Part shown: piece after piece, positions 25,362 through 37,999 of the stretch
How positions within the stretch are numbered: position 1 is the stretch's first letter
Layout of the letters: each line of letters starts with the position of its first letter
Source of the DNA: Entomortierella parvispora E1425
Lineage: Eukaryota; Fungi; Mortierellomycota
NCBI GenBank assembly: GCA_020891255.1
Contig: BQFW01000009.1
Span: 1,488,001-1,552,000 of the forward strand
Length of the DNA: 64,000 nucleotides
Direction of reading: 5' to 3'
Made by a program: the position numbers and the translations under genes
Notes under the pieces: generated by a model
The model's input: the letters and a program-made list of their open reading frames with translations, nothing else
Databases searched by the model: none
Told to the model about the DNA's origin: nothing

Positions 25362-26588
25362 GGTGGAAGAGGAATGGAATGGAATGGAGCGAGGGGAATG
25401 AGTCGGATGAGAGGTAGGGATGAGCAAAAGAAAGAGAAGGAAGAAGAGGAAGAGGCAGACCAACGCGGGAAAGAGAGAGAGGGGTTTTTTTTTTTCGTCT
25501 TCGCCCTCTTCTTCCCCTGCCTGCCATCATTGCCTCAATATCCCCTTCCCATCCTCCATCTGCCCAAGGCGCCTATTCTTCTTCATTGCTCTCAGTCTAT
25601 TTTCTTTTTGGGACCATGGCAGGCACGGCTTGGCCTGGGACGTTGCACAGCAGCCGTTGGTGGATGGTTTGCTGGCGTGCGGGGAGAGAAATTCATTTGG
25701 TGCATGAATGGACACAAGCCCATGTCTGTCTCTCTCGTGTCTCTCTCTCTTCCTTTCCGTCTGTCAGCAATCAGGTTACAATCATGAGGGCGCGGGCACC
25801 TGCATGTCCAAAGGGCGTGTGCGCCCTGTCATCGTCCTTGCGAGGGCAGTCCTTGTGGGGGCTATTGGACATGGGGATCTTTTCCTCCCTCTTCTCCCTT
25901 TCAGCCAAGCTCGTCATCAGACGCGACGCGAAGAGATCGCCGGGGCCTACCTTGGGAATTAAAAAGCGCAAGAAAGTATAATTCAGTTTGCTCTGTCCGC
26001 ACAGCGGCGTCCGTTGGGACAAAAGAAAACAGCGCCACTGGACCATGGGAGCGGGCAGTCAATTGTAAATAAAAAGAGAGCGAGTCGGGATGGGAGCTTT
26101 CTTCCTCATCTCTTTGGGCCTCTTGTTGTTGTCAGCATTTTGCTGTTTGGTTATCCGCTATTGAGAGCATGTCCCATGCTCTGTGAAAGATGAACATGGA
26201 CTGGTCTGGGAACAAAGAACGATAAGAGTTTGTGGAAATGAACGGGAGGCACACGCCGCGCCATTTCTTGACCCTTCTTTCACTTGGGGTCCCAGCTCTT
26301 AATGAAAAGAACCTATCTATACCCCTGCTCTTCTGTCGATGCAAGGAACAAGAAAAAGGGCCCAGGGGAAGCAATCGTGATTGGTACCTGCGATCACACC
26401 ACGTCAAAGGCGCGTTAGCAGATGTCGCGTTTTGTAGTCTCCTGGACTTGATGACGGGACAAGGATCTTGCTCATCTCCATTATTATCGACATCCAACAG
26501 CTCATCCACGGTGCCCCTGGGCAAATATGATTTGATTGGATGATGGACCGTTTGTTTGTGTTTATTATGTGAACCTCTTCTTTTTTTT

Positions 26589-29500
26589 TTAGCAGGCAGT
26601 AATTACTCGCATGCTCTCTCCTTCTAGTCCCCCAGATGACAAGGCCTCGATAGCTCTTCTCTCCTCCGAGGAAGAGGAAGAAGAGGGCCCAGACGCAACG
26701 CGCCTATCGGACTGGTTCTTTTCATCAATCTCGTTCTGAACAGGGCCATGGTGGCGAAGATTGGCATCCTGGGGATGGGCAGCTTGGTCGTCTTCTCCAT
26801 CCAAAAAGAATGGAATAGGGTGTGCATCCTCCATCACATCCGTAAGTGAGGCCATAAAAGATTGATGTTGTTGAACGTCATGTCGAACCCGGATCTCGGC
26901 CGAGAACTCATCCACCACAGGTGGAGACTGCTCGGAAGGAGTCGTTCCATGGCTGCCAACACCAGTGCTGATCTCCTGGGGCTTAGTCAAGACCTTTCCA
27001 GCCGGTTCATCAAACGGATCCGCTGTAAAAGATCCCGGCGAATCACCGGAAGATGACCCCATAGAAGGCGACGAGAGCGAAGACTCGGAATCGATATCCA
27101 TTTCCTGAGCAGTCGATGAAGAGGCGGCCTGGGCGGTTCTTTCCGATGTAGACGAAAGTTCAATCAGGACATCGTCCTTCATCATGTCTTCCAGACGGTT
27201 CGTTCTCGGTGTGCTCACGGAAGGACCTTCCAACTCGGATCCAGGGATAGAGCTGGTGGATGCAGGGGGGGCCAGAAGCGGATGGTCATCTACAAGAAGA
27301 TCATCGGCTGCATGCATGGTCGACTTGTCCAAGTCCCCAAGCAGGTTCGTGCTGGATGTCAGGTCCAGGCCCGACTGCGACTGCGATGATGGAGATGAAA
27401 GGACAGTGGGACCATGATGCAGAAGACTCGAGTTGAACGAACTGTGCCCATGACTGTTGGTGCTGTTGCTGTTTTGACCAGTACTGGTGCTGTTGTTGGT
27501 GTGATCGCCAAGATACAGTGGATCCCAGGCAAGGCGATCTGAATCAAAGCCAAGGCCCAACCCCGTTGTGCCTGCAGCCAAACTTGGCTCACCAAATGTG
27601 ATAGAGTCAATTGGTGCCAGTCGCAGTGATTCAGGCAGATCCAGTGGGTTTGCGACGAATTGTTGAGGGTCCTCCAAGGACTGATCACCCAGCAATGGAT
27701 CGGTGCCTCCAAATGCAATGGCTGCGACTGCGACTGCCGTTGCAATCTGATTCTGCCACAACAGGCTCAGTTTGTTGGTGCTCTGATCCTTGCCCGTCGA
27801 CTCTGGCAATGGCAACGAAAAGTTACCATAAGGATGACGAAGCTGGATAGAGGGCGCAGGGCTAGGACCATCCCTGGCCTGTTTAGCTAATCGTGCTGCC
27901 TCATAAATGTTGCCGATTGTGGACGAGTTCAAACCGGCTCCGGCCACCGTTTGTTGGAGTTGTGTCAAGTCGATAAAAGGCGCCACAAAGGTCGAAATGT
28001 CGATAAAGGCACCAGGAGGATGGGCCGACGCCAATTCTGCTGCCGCAGAGGCCGCGGGCTGGCTCGCAAAGACATCCAAGGCAATAGCAATGAAGGTCTC
28101 GGCCACTGGGAAGGTCTTTACCAGCTCGTGAGCAGCTTTGACCGATTTCGAGAGGCCAGCTCTCGTTGTTTCTCGGTTGCTGGGCGTAGGCGTGATCGCG
28201 TTGTGGACGTGAACGGTGCCGGCGGCTAAGAGACAGGCCATGCCAAAGTAGCAAGTTTCTTGGAGCTGCCCATGCAACATGAGCGAGTCTGCAATATGGC
28301 AAACATTGGTCGCAGCAGCTGTGCAGATGTTTCGGGACGAGATCAAAAAGTTGGGGTCGATGGACGAAGAATTGACTGGTCGCAAATATGGTCGATGCAG
28401 CATGGTCAGACAGGTATAATAAAACATGTGCAACAGGGCAGTTGGCGGCGACGGCGGGTGGTTTGCGTTCGGTGACATGGTGTAAGGGGTATACATCAGC
28501 TCGTTCGGCAGGGACAGGAACCATGACGTCAGGCTGTTGTGCAATTGAGGCAGATGTGTCCTAGAGATATCCGCCAAGAAAGCGCCGTTGATCTCGGCCT
28601 CGATACAGTGCATCGATTTCAGGACCTGACCCATCAACATGAACAGCTTGACAGACCATAAAAGTCGACAGGAGATGATCTTCTCTGGCTCAAATGGGTG
28701 CTCGATCTTGTCATCCGCTCCACATTCCGAGATCCAATCCTCGTTAGGCATTTGAACGTTGTAGTCGGTCTCGTTGATGACCATGGGGCGACCACTGATG
28801 CCGGCACCAAGTCTATCGGCCATGTAGAGGGACCACCAAACGCGCTTTCTGACCTCCGCCTCTTCAGGATCAATTTGCATATCCACATCCTGACGATGCA
28901 GTCCAACGTCCTAGGAAATGCACAATGACATTAAAATCTAGCTCATGAACAAGAGTAGAGCCAAGAAACTAAAGAGCGAATATATATCAGAGTACTTACA
29001 TGTGCAATACGAATGCCCATACCATGGTACAACCAACCGCCAGAGTAGTTGCCAACGGCGTGTTGATAATGGGACATCATTAACAACGCCTGGATCGTGC
29101 TTAGTTGGGAAACATGATAAGTCTCATCCAAGATAATTTTGGCCCTGCTGAAGTACTTTGTCGATTGCAACTTGATCTCGGGGTCATCCGAAAACCAACA
29201 GGCATTGCAAAACATGGCATTCAATAGCAGGATATGGGAGAGGGATGGGCGGCCAGCCCGATGCTTCTCCATAAAGTTCTGGCGAACAAAGAGGGGCGAG
29301 AACGGGTACATGTACCGAAAGTAGAGATTGAGGAGCATGTCGATCTCAGCCTTGGGAGGCAGCTCGCGCTCGCTTGTTATCTGTAATGAATGGGACCACA
29401 GGTCGCTATCGTTGAGATGGACCATTGGCATTGGGTCTATAGACATAGAGACCAACAAAAAAAGTAAGCGGTCTGTGGTCGAGTAGAGTTCTTGGGTGCG

Positions 29501-30766
29501 TGATGCCTGTCTAATCGAGTTGGCGTAAACTTAAACTTACAGAGGCCAAGGCGGTATCTTGAGCTCAGTTGACAAACGTAAAAGCCAGAGCTGCTTCCAT
29601 GGAAGCTGCTCCAGGAAAAGAGAAACCAGAATGGGTAAAATATTAGGAAAAAAACCTTTCCGTTGTGATCGCGTCAACAAAAAGCAAAGGCCCGAGTGGA
29701 GCACAAGCGTGTTCATGTCCAGGGGAAAAGGCCCATGAACACAAAGTTGATAAAAAAAAAACGATCGGATTTTTGTGTGTGTGCATCGACCAAGGTTTCT
29801 GGGCCTGACTCGAACTTACTGTTGACCGTGACCATCCAGACTGATGGTGCTCACAACCGACTTGAGGTTCTTCTTGTTCTTCAGGTCGGTCTCCTTATTC
29901 GTGACCCCCGTCGCAGCGGATACGCCTGCTGCTCCGGCCTCAGAGCCTGAGGCATTGGGTTGGTCTTGCTGAGGGGTGAGCGGAGGTGACAGCGCAGCTC
30001 GGTCGGGGTTGGATTCTTGACGTCGCAGCTGCTTTGTCCGGGACGAAGACCCTTGGTCATGGGAGGACCGCTTCCGATGAGGATGGCTGGAGGAATCTAA
30101 TGAGGTGGCCGAAGACCGTGAGCTAACAGAGGGCGACAATGGGCGGTAGAGTTGCTGATACGGGTATGTGTCCAAAGGATGGGGTATAGTGCTGTGTTTT
30201 CTCTGTTTTTGATGTGGAGGCGAAACATTGCTGTCGGATAAGGAGACAACATGCAATGGGTTACCAGAGCCTTGGTAATGGTCGTATGAGTAGCTTGGGG
30301 ACGCCGAGGGACTTGGGCTCAAGTCAGATAGACTTGTTGAGCTGCTGACAGACATGCGTCGATCAGACTGAAATTCCAGCTCATCAGACTCTAGCAAGTC
30401 CTCAAAAGATGAAATAGAGACTCGGTGGTGATGGTGGTGTTGACGATGTTGTTGTTGTGAAGAGGTGTTTGAGGAGTAGTAGGAGCGATGGTCATCGGCG
30501 CTACTCTTGGGAGCTCTGGGTCGCCTTGGTTGCCGTGGTTGCCGGGGATATGATTTTGAACTGGATTTTTGGACAAGGGTCTCATCTACGACACAGTCGA
30601 GTTTGTGGGTGACACACCGGACACAGAGGGGAGTACCACTGCATCGCAACTTTTTACGACGGCAGTTGGTGCAGGCAGTGCCAGCTTTGAGACGTTTCTG
30701 ACGGACAGCAGCACTGGATGAGGAGGAAGCATGGGATTGATGGTGGAGATCGGGCGTTGACGACAT
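26589..30766 (-). CDS. Zn(II)2Cys6 transcription factor with Fungal_trans middle homology domain and acidic C-terminus
   Basis: ACTNCRRKKLRCSGTPLCVRCVTHKLDC. Spliced exons give HFHGSSSGFY, LYFRYMYPFSPLF, STIQALLLM-like, GWLYHGMGIRIA and EAEVRKRVWWSLYMADR. Confidence 0.9.
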
Positions 30767-31741
30767 TTTATGATCGTCTATGTGGGTGAGGGAGGGAGAC
30801 AGAAGGTGAACGAGAGAGGATGTGTGGGTGAGGATTGTTTTGCTCTAGAGTTGTGGAGAAAAAAGTAAGAGGGAGGGACCGATGGGTCGAAGAGGTTTAA
30901 CTGCTGTTCAGGGTTTATGTTCAGGGTCGATGGTGAGTGAAGAACAGGTTATAAATATTAAGTGGGTACAATAGAGGAATGACGATTGATCAGTGTCAAA
31001 GAAGGAAGGACGGTCTGTGAACAAGTACGAGAAAAAAATGTCAACGAGTTTCAACACAAGAAACAACAATTGAAGAGTGTGGAGCAAGAGTGCTGTTGGA
31101 GAGAGAAAAAACAAGAGAGCGGGGATGACGAAGAAAAAAAGTCGAAACGGTATGTGCTGTTTAGTTCTCGCGCCTCCTTTTATAGCATTTCCTGTTTCTC
31201 TTCTGTGGAGGGGGAGGACGGATGATGGCATGTGTGGTGTGGTGCCTGCCCTGCCCCTGCTCGCACCCTTGAATGAAGATGATCTCCTCTTCAATAATGA
31301 CAATTTTTTTTTCTCTTGCTCGGTTTGAATGGCTGGCGCCGATTCATTCGGCTCACTCGCGCAATTTCAGTCGAGCCGAGCGAATCACAGCGCTGCTTTC
31401 TCATTTTGATCGCTGTCTGTCCCCTTTGGGTTCATTTACGCCTGCTGAGTACGACCTGCCTGCCTGCCTGCTTGTTGCTGGCTGCTTGTCCTTCCCTTCA
31501 GCCGCGTTGTTTGTGTGCGCAATTGCAATGTCGAACGGTCTCCCTTGCACATGTTGCTTGATCTTTTCTGCTCCCCCTCTCCTCAGTCCTCTTTGCAGCC
31601 GGTCGTCATTCCACTGTAAAGTCCTGCCACCTAGTCTCGGCAGGTCAAAAGGGGAAATGTGCCCTTCCTTGTCCCCCGTTTCGTCCTAACCCCAATCTTT
31701 TCAAAGAGCTGAAAGGATCGGAAAAGGGTAAAAAAAAAAAT

Positions 31742-31743
<2 letters not shown>

Positions 31744-31784
<41 letters not shown>
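31744..31784 (+). repeat. (AG)20 microsatellite
   Basis: Uninterrupted AG run in the upstream region of the Zn2Cys6 gene. Confidence 0.95.
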
Positions 31785-31787
<3 letters not shown>

Positions 31788-33265
31788 ATTGCAAAGCACA
31801 ATGCAGCGTGCCGCGAGACCGAGCTCTTGGCTGACCTTTTTTTTCAACGCCGCCAAGACGCTGACATCAACGGTAGTGTGGGTCGACCACACGATAATCA
31901 AACAAAATCGCGATTGACTACATTAGAACAACAGCGGTCGGTTTACGTGGCATGTCCTTCACAACACGATCGCTCCCCTCTCCGATCTACTGCAGGACGT
32001 ACTCTTCCCCCCCCCCCCCCCAACACAAAGGAAGCTATAGGATCAGAAACAATGAGCTTTCTTTTTCGTGCTGTCGCCATTTGTTGGTCCATGCAGTTTT
32101 GGGTTCTGCTCAAGGCAATCATGATTTCCTAATCACTCTGAAGCTACATATTTTTTTTTGTTAAAAAAAAGAAGTGTTCTCGGCCATTGCGATGCCGTAA
32201 AGTGTCCAAGATGACCAACTGACGTCTCAATTGAAGACGTTTCTCATGTTGTCCAAGATGCTTCCGAGTAACATTGCCCAGATCTCGTTTGGGTAGACCA
32301 CTAGTAGACCAAATGGTTTTCTCTACACCCCCGTCGAGTCATCCACGGGTGCAGGCGTAGCACGCGCACGCTCGCTCCCATCTCTCGGCAAAGTTTAGCT
32401 TTTCAGCCGTTGTATGCATTTGTGGAAAACGTATAGCCGCGGTACCGTTTTCGCGAAGGAGTACATACACACGGGAGGGCGTTTACAACAGACACAACAA
32501 GAGACCGCTGTGTGGGAGAGGCAATTGGAAAGAAGCTGGGGTAAAGGCAAGGAAGGAGGAAAATTGATCAACCCTAAATGGCCCATGGCTCAATGAAATG
32601 AACCGGAGGGTCTTTTGTTCGTTTTCCCTGTGCACATTTTTTGGTCGGTCTGGGTCGAGCCCCTTCTATCATGCAGTGTTCATGTTCTGCGCAGGCAGTC
32701 TGGCCACCCAGCATTTGGATCTTTTTTTTTCTCCTTCTATGGAAGCGGGCAAATTGTGCGACGCATTGTGCTTTTTATTGATCTCACCATGAGGTCAAAA
32801 CTAAGCGCAGAAACAACAGACGATCGACGTGGGCGACGCCCTCACGTTGCCAATCAGATCCACTGCCGACGTTTCGTACCCTTGGCAAAAAGATGGAAGA
32901 AATGCAGGGTCGCACAAGCCAAACTCCATGAAAACGACCTCAAAATCAAAGGCATGATGGGGGAAGAGAGCAAAAAAAAAAAAAACCAATTGCCTTTTTG
33001 GGACAGCAAAGTCATTCATGATCGCGTAAGGTGCTTTCAAGCACGGCTAAATTGTGTGGAGAAGTCCGAAAGTCCCGTTGCCTTGACCAATCCCCCCAAG
33101 AAGTTCATCTCCGAAAGCTGTGTGCTTGAAACGTCTTTCCTGCTCCACAAGGCCATAGACCGGTCAGACATGCATTGATTTACGTGCTGTTTTTGGGTTT
33201 CTCTTTATTGCTGGATTGAGTACTCAAACATTGGCAACTATACGTTCAATGGAAAATGGTCTTTT

Positions 33266-35824
33266 TTACAGGATCTCCTCGTGGCAGACAACACCCTCGG
33301 CCTCGATTCCCTTGATCAAGGGGTCGTTGATATCAGCCGACATGGGAGCCAAGACACCAGGAGTCTTGATAACGCCATCCAACACCAACTGCGTGGCAAC
33401 ACCGCAGGGCATGCCAACCAAGCGAGCCATGGCCGAAGCACCCTCGGGGTTACCATACTCGAGGATGGTCGACGTGCGAGTTTGCTGTTACAAAATGAAA
33501 GCACGTGGTCAGTCGTCTGATGAGCTGCAATGCACAGACACGTTGCTTTCAAACAGTCGTTCATTGTCACTTACTCTTGTTCCATCCTTCAGCTCAACCT
33601 CGAACTTGTGCTGGAGCATGACCATGTCGCGCTCTCCCTTGGCATACATCATCTTGTCCTCCAAAGTGGCGCACAAGGTATCGAGAAAGTTACCACGGCG
33701 GTGGACTGGGGTAGTGGAGAACATGCCGAGCCTAGAATTTGAAAAAAAAAAAAAAAAAAAAACTCAACATGAGTACTTCGTTAAGGGTCCCCTATGCAGA
33801 TAACTGACTTGTTCATGATCTCGTACCACTTCATGCCCTTGACAATACGGTCCAACTCGGATCCCTTAATCGATGACTTCTCCCGGATCAGTTCAACAAG
33901 ATCACTAAGTAATTAAAAGCAGAAAAAAAATGTCAGAAAAGTGACCAAAAGCCAGGCTTCCAAGTTTCTCGTCTGAATAACTTACGCCTCGGAATTGCTA
34001 GAAGAGCCAAGACGCTTGGCGACAACATCGTTCTAATAATGGCAAATGTAGAAGTTAGGGTCCATTCACAGGTCTAATAGAATAAGCCACAGACAAGCGT
34101 CTTACCCAGGCAATCTCCGAGGCATCGGCAGCCAAAAAGTCCTGGGCAGAATCATCCAAGAATCCAATATCGACCAAAGTCTTGACGAACTCAGGGAAAC
34201 CAGCATAGCGAAGGGTTCCGCGGAGAATAGTATGGGCCTCGGGAATGTTGTAGCGCTCCTTGTATGGAGAGGAGTCACGGTTGGGGTATCCTACAAACGC
34301 GAAAGCGGGGTAGATAGGGATAGGCTTGGCAGAGTTCATGAGGTCGTTTCCAGAGTACTCGACAATCTCGCCGTTCTCGTAAAACTTGGCATTATTCTTG
34401 AGGGCGAGAAGGACTCCGCGAGAAGACCAAGAGAACTTGTATCCGAGAGGGTTGTTGGAGGCCTCAGGGGCAGGGAGACCACCGCAGTATGAGAGGAAGG
34501 AGAGGACCTAACAATGGGAAGAGGAATGGAGATACGTCAGTATCGGACAACGTTGTTCGCTTTTGCAAGTGATGATGCCACGACGGCTATGGTTGCATTA
34601 CCTTTCCACCCTCGGCGTGAACCTCGTTAATAGTCTTGAGGGCATACAAGTGGTCAACACCGGGATCAACACCGATCTCGTTCATGACAACAACACCGGC
34701 AGCCTTGGCACTATCAAGAGTGTAGAAAACAAAGTGCGATGCGTGAGCAATTGGAAACGAACAGCACCATATCAACAGGTTGACATAGATACATACGCCT
34801 CGTCGTAAGCCATCATAGCGGGGGAGACATAGGAGGTGGTGACAACGTTGGTCTTGGACTTGATGGCAGACTTGATGACCTGGGCATGGTGAGTGTAGGG
34901 GATCAACGAGATGACAACATCGTGCTCGGCAACAGCAGCATCCAAGGCGACCTCGTCGTTCACATCCAAAGAGATGGCGGTGGTGTTGGAGTAGTTGCCA
35001 GCAAGCTCCTGGGCAACGTTAAGGCGTCTGGCAGCTACAATTGATGAGGATACAATTGTCAAAGAGGACTCCGTTAGTGTATGTACTAAGTCATCGTAGC
35101 TGATTTTGGATCTGATCTGATAGGCTGATAGCGGGAGATTTTGTACGCAGCAGCAATAGTCTCCCTAGCGCATCTATTCAATTCTCAGAGATGACGAAGC
35201 GGAGAAGAGATGACGATGGTTGCCCTGGGAAAGTCAAGGTTGGCTTGGGCACCCACTGCCCCTGTGCTCTCCCGACTTGAACCGTGACAAGGTTTTTTTT
35301 TTGTGTGGCTCAAAGCAGACTCACACAGAGCAAGATCTGAAATTTTGATGTGATCTGCGATCCTCAAAGATAATCGAGACGCGGGTTTGCTCGGAATTCA
35401 CCTTTGGCACCGCACTCCATGCCCATACCAAGTGAGATCGAGGATGATCTCCACCTCTAGCCACGATTAGAATATCCAGTTCCTCTGACTGCGCCAACGG
35501 GTGCCGGGTTCACTCTCCCCTGATCCCTGATCCCCGGCTCTTAATCGAATCTCCGCGCGCCACCAAAAATGAGAGTCGTCGATGCTTAGTCAGAAGGGGA
35601 GAGTTCTAAAGGCCTACCGATGGTGAGCTTGTTCTCCGGACGGCGGCACAGGTACTCAACGCAAGGCTCGGCAACGAAGCCGGATCCGAGAAGCAAAATC
35701 TTTCTGTAAAGAGGAAGGTCACAAACAACGGGAGGCGCGAGTTAGTAAGGGTGTATGCATCGGCACGACAAACAGAGAAGGGGACAGGGAAAGAGAACAG
35801 CCACGTTTCTTACTTGGTGGCCAT
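33266..35824 (-). CDS. LYS9: Saccharopine dehydrogenase (NADP+, L-glutamate-forming), stand-alone
   Basis: Spliced MATK|KILLLGSGFVAEPCVEYL..., VVTTSYVSPAM, MNEIGVDPGVDHLYA, SYCGGLPAPEASNNPLGYKFSWS, RGTLRYAGF, ERDMVMLQHKF, SAMARLVGMPCGVA...EEIL*. Confidence 0.95.
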
Positions 35825-36197
35825 TATGTGTAAGTGAGTGAGTGCGAATGCAGGGACAAGTGAAGAGGGATGAGGGGAAAGAAGAAGATGGATTTCTGGA
35901 GTCAAATGAAGAGAAGAGCACGCCCTCCGTGGGCAAAAAAGTTGCGGGGGCCGGGGGTGCCTGCACGTGACTTTTTTTTTGATTCTCCGACAGCCAGTCT
36001 TCAGGCCATGCATGCATGCATGCATTCATGCTCTGTGTTTTTGCTCCGCTCTTTGTCCTCTTTCATTCCTCCAGTTCACCTATCCATCTCTCTTTTTGTC
36101 TTTGGCCACCTATTCTCCAGATTCACATCACATCCTGCCTGACATCAGTCCGTGCCTCAACTAATCTGCTCGACTCCCCAGGACTACTACCGAGCGA

Positions 36198-37604
36198 ATG
36201 CCGCTGACGCGATCCAGCTGCTTCTATGTGAGCTCGCTCTTCTTCTTGGTTGCGGTCACAGGTAAGCGTCAAAGGATCTAGCAATGGAGCACAAAGTTTA
36301 CCCACCACTGACTATGAACTATTCCCAATGTCCTCTGAATAGGGATCTGTATATTTGCGTCGGCTTATGATGTGATCTTTCAGATCTTCCACCCCGCAAA
36401 TCTAAATGAGCCACCAAACTACAAGAACCTTGCGGTCTTTGGAGGCAGTTATGTCCTTTTGGTAAGAGGTCGTTTGCGTCTCTTCCTTTCTCTTAGACAC
36501 ATGGACTCAGATCTAATACTGGTACCATCCTGAATCTGCTTGAATTCGTAGGGCTTACTGGCGACAATCTTTGGATTCTCTCGATATGTAACAGTCAAAT
36601 TGGCAAGGCAGGCCATTCCCAAAACCTACATGCCCATCACTCAAGAGGATCTACCAAAGGTACCCGATCTATTCTGAAGAACTTGAATTTGATCCGCTGC
36701 CACATTCTAACAGGGCGACCTAATCATATATTTTAGAAAGTCTATGAGCTCGTGCAGTCAGAGCTGGATCGTGTTGCTAGACTCGCCAAGCGCGCCACTC
36801 CACTAGAAGAAGAAAGCAGTCAACCAGGATGGGGCAAACCAAGTAAGCCAAGCTAGGCATTTTGAACTAGAAGGAACAGAGCGTGGAGCTGACTACTTGC
36901 TGCTTGAAATCTACCGGCTCCCAGATTCATCGTTACAAGACACCCATTTCAAAACTTTCATGGCCAGCACACCACATTTCATAGGTATGGACTCTGGGCA
37001 TAGAGAGATAGAGTTGACCTGATGCTTGGATGATTTCTCACTAAAATCTTCTACCTCTTTCTTCATAGAGCGAGCCGCAGTGGCACAATCCCGCGATCTT
37101 GCTCGGCCACCAAACATGTCCATTGCTGCCTACATCCACATGCTCGTGGACCAAAAACTGATCACACGCGATATTGCCATGGAATATATAGCGGGATACG
37201 AACGTGCACGATTCGGACCCTCTCGGAGTGAACCCCTTCCCGTTACTCTGTCCCCTTTGCACTCTCATCAGCCCCAGCAACGGCCTCCCTCCTCGCTTTC
37301 AGGAGGACATCATCTTCGCCAGCATTCAGGAAATAATTCTCGTCATCACCCAGCTCAGGAGGCATCTGTACGATCGACAGGGACTGTCTTTCAAGGGCAA
37401 CTTAGAACTCAACCATCAACTACTTTTATACTCAACAAGGGCGAGTGCTTGGAGGAGGAGGATTATATTCGATTCATGAAAGTACTCAGTTGGATTCTGC
37501 AGGAGCTGGGTTGGAATCAAGACGAAGAGACCTATGAGGATGACAACGATTACTTGGTTCAAGAACGGCCGGAAGGGACGGCAACTGGACCCTATTCCAC
37601 ATGA
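36198..37604 (+). CDS. Dlt1-like (defect at low temperature) membrane protein, 6 exons
   Basis: Spliced MPLTRSSCFYVSSLFFLVAVT|GICIFASAYDV...|GLLATIFGFSRY...IPKTYMPITQEDLPK|...QPGWGKP|...|ERAAV...YIAGYERARFG. IPKxYxPI, PGW and YExARF resemble fungal Dlt1. Confidence 0.65.
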
Positions 37605-37999
37605 AATGTAATTGTTATAATACAATTAGCCTAATAAAAAGAAAGTCAGACAAAGCTTGCTTTCTTCCCTTTCAATGCCTCTCCAACCTGTGTGGTTGTT
37701 ATTTATACATGATAGTCTGTTTCCACAAAGAAATACAACTCTCATGTCTTGACAATGTTGCATAGCACCTCAAACTGTGACCTCAACTTTGCTGCAAGAG
37801 CCAAACGCTTGCTTCACTTGACCAGATTGAACAGCAAAACTTTATTGAGATGAACGCCATATTTGAAGAATAACAGAAAAGAAATATTCACATCCTTGTT
37901 GGAGGTTCGATAGACCAAATGATAGAGAATTGACGAGAAAAAAAAAAGACAAAAAGAAAAAAAAAAAGAATCTGGTCTAAGTGGAGGACTTGTTCATGG

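Noticed and set aside
30900-33200. Numerous 60-190-aa ORFs upstream of the Zn2Cys6 gene
   Set aside because: They derive from homopolymer and microsatellite-rich promoter DNA, with no consistent splice model or motifs.
35274-35283. B-box-like GGTTCAAGTC on the minus strand in the LYS9 intron
   Set aside because: The flanks cannot form a T-stem, acceptor stem or cloverleaf, so it is not called as a tRNA.
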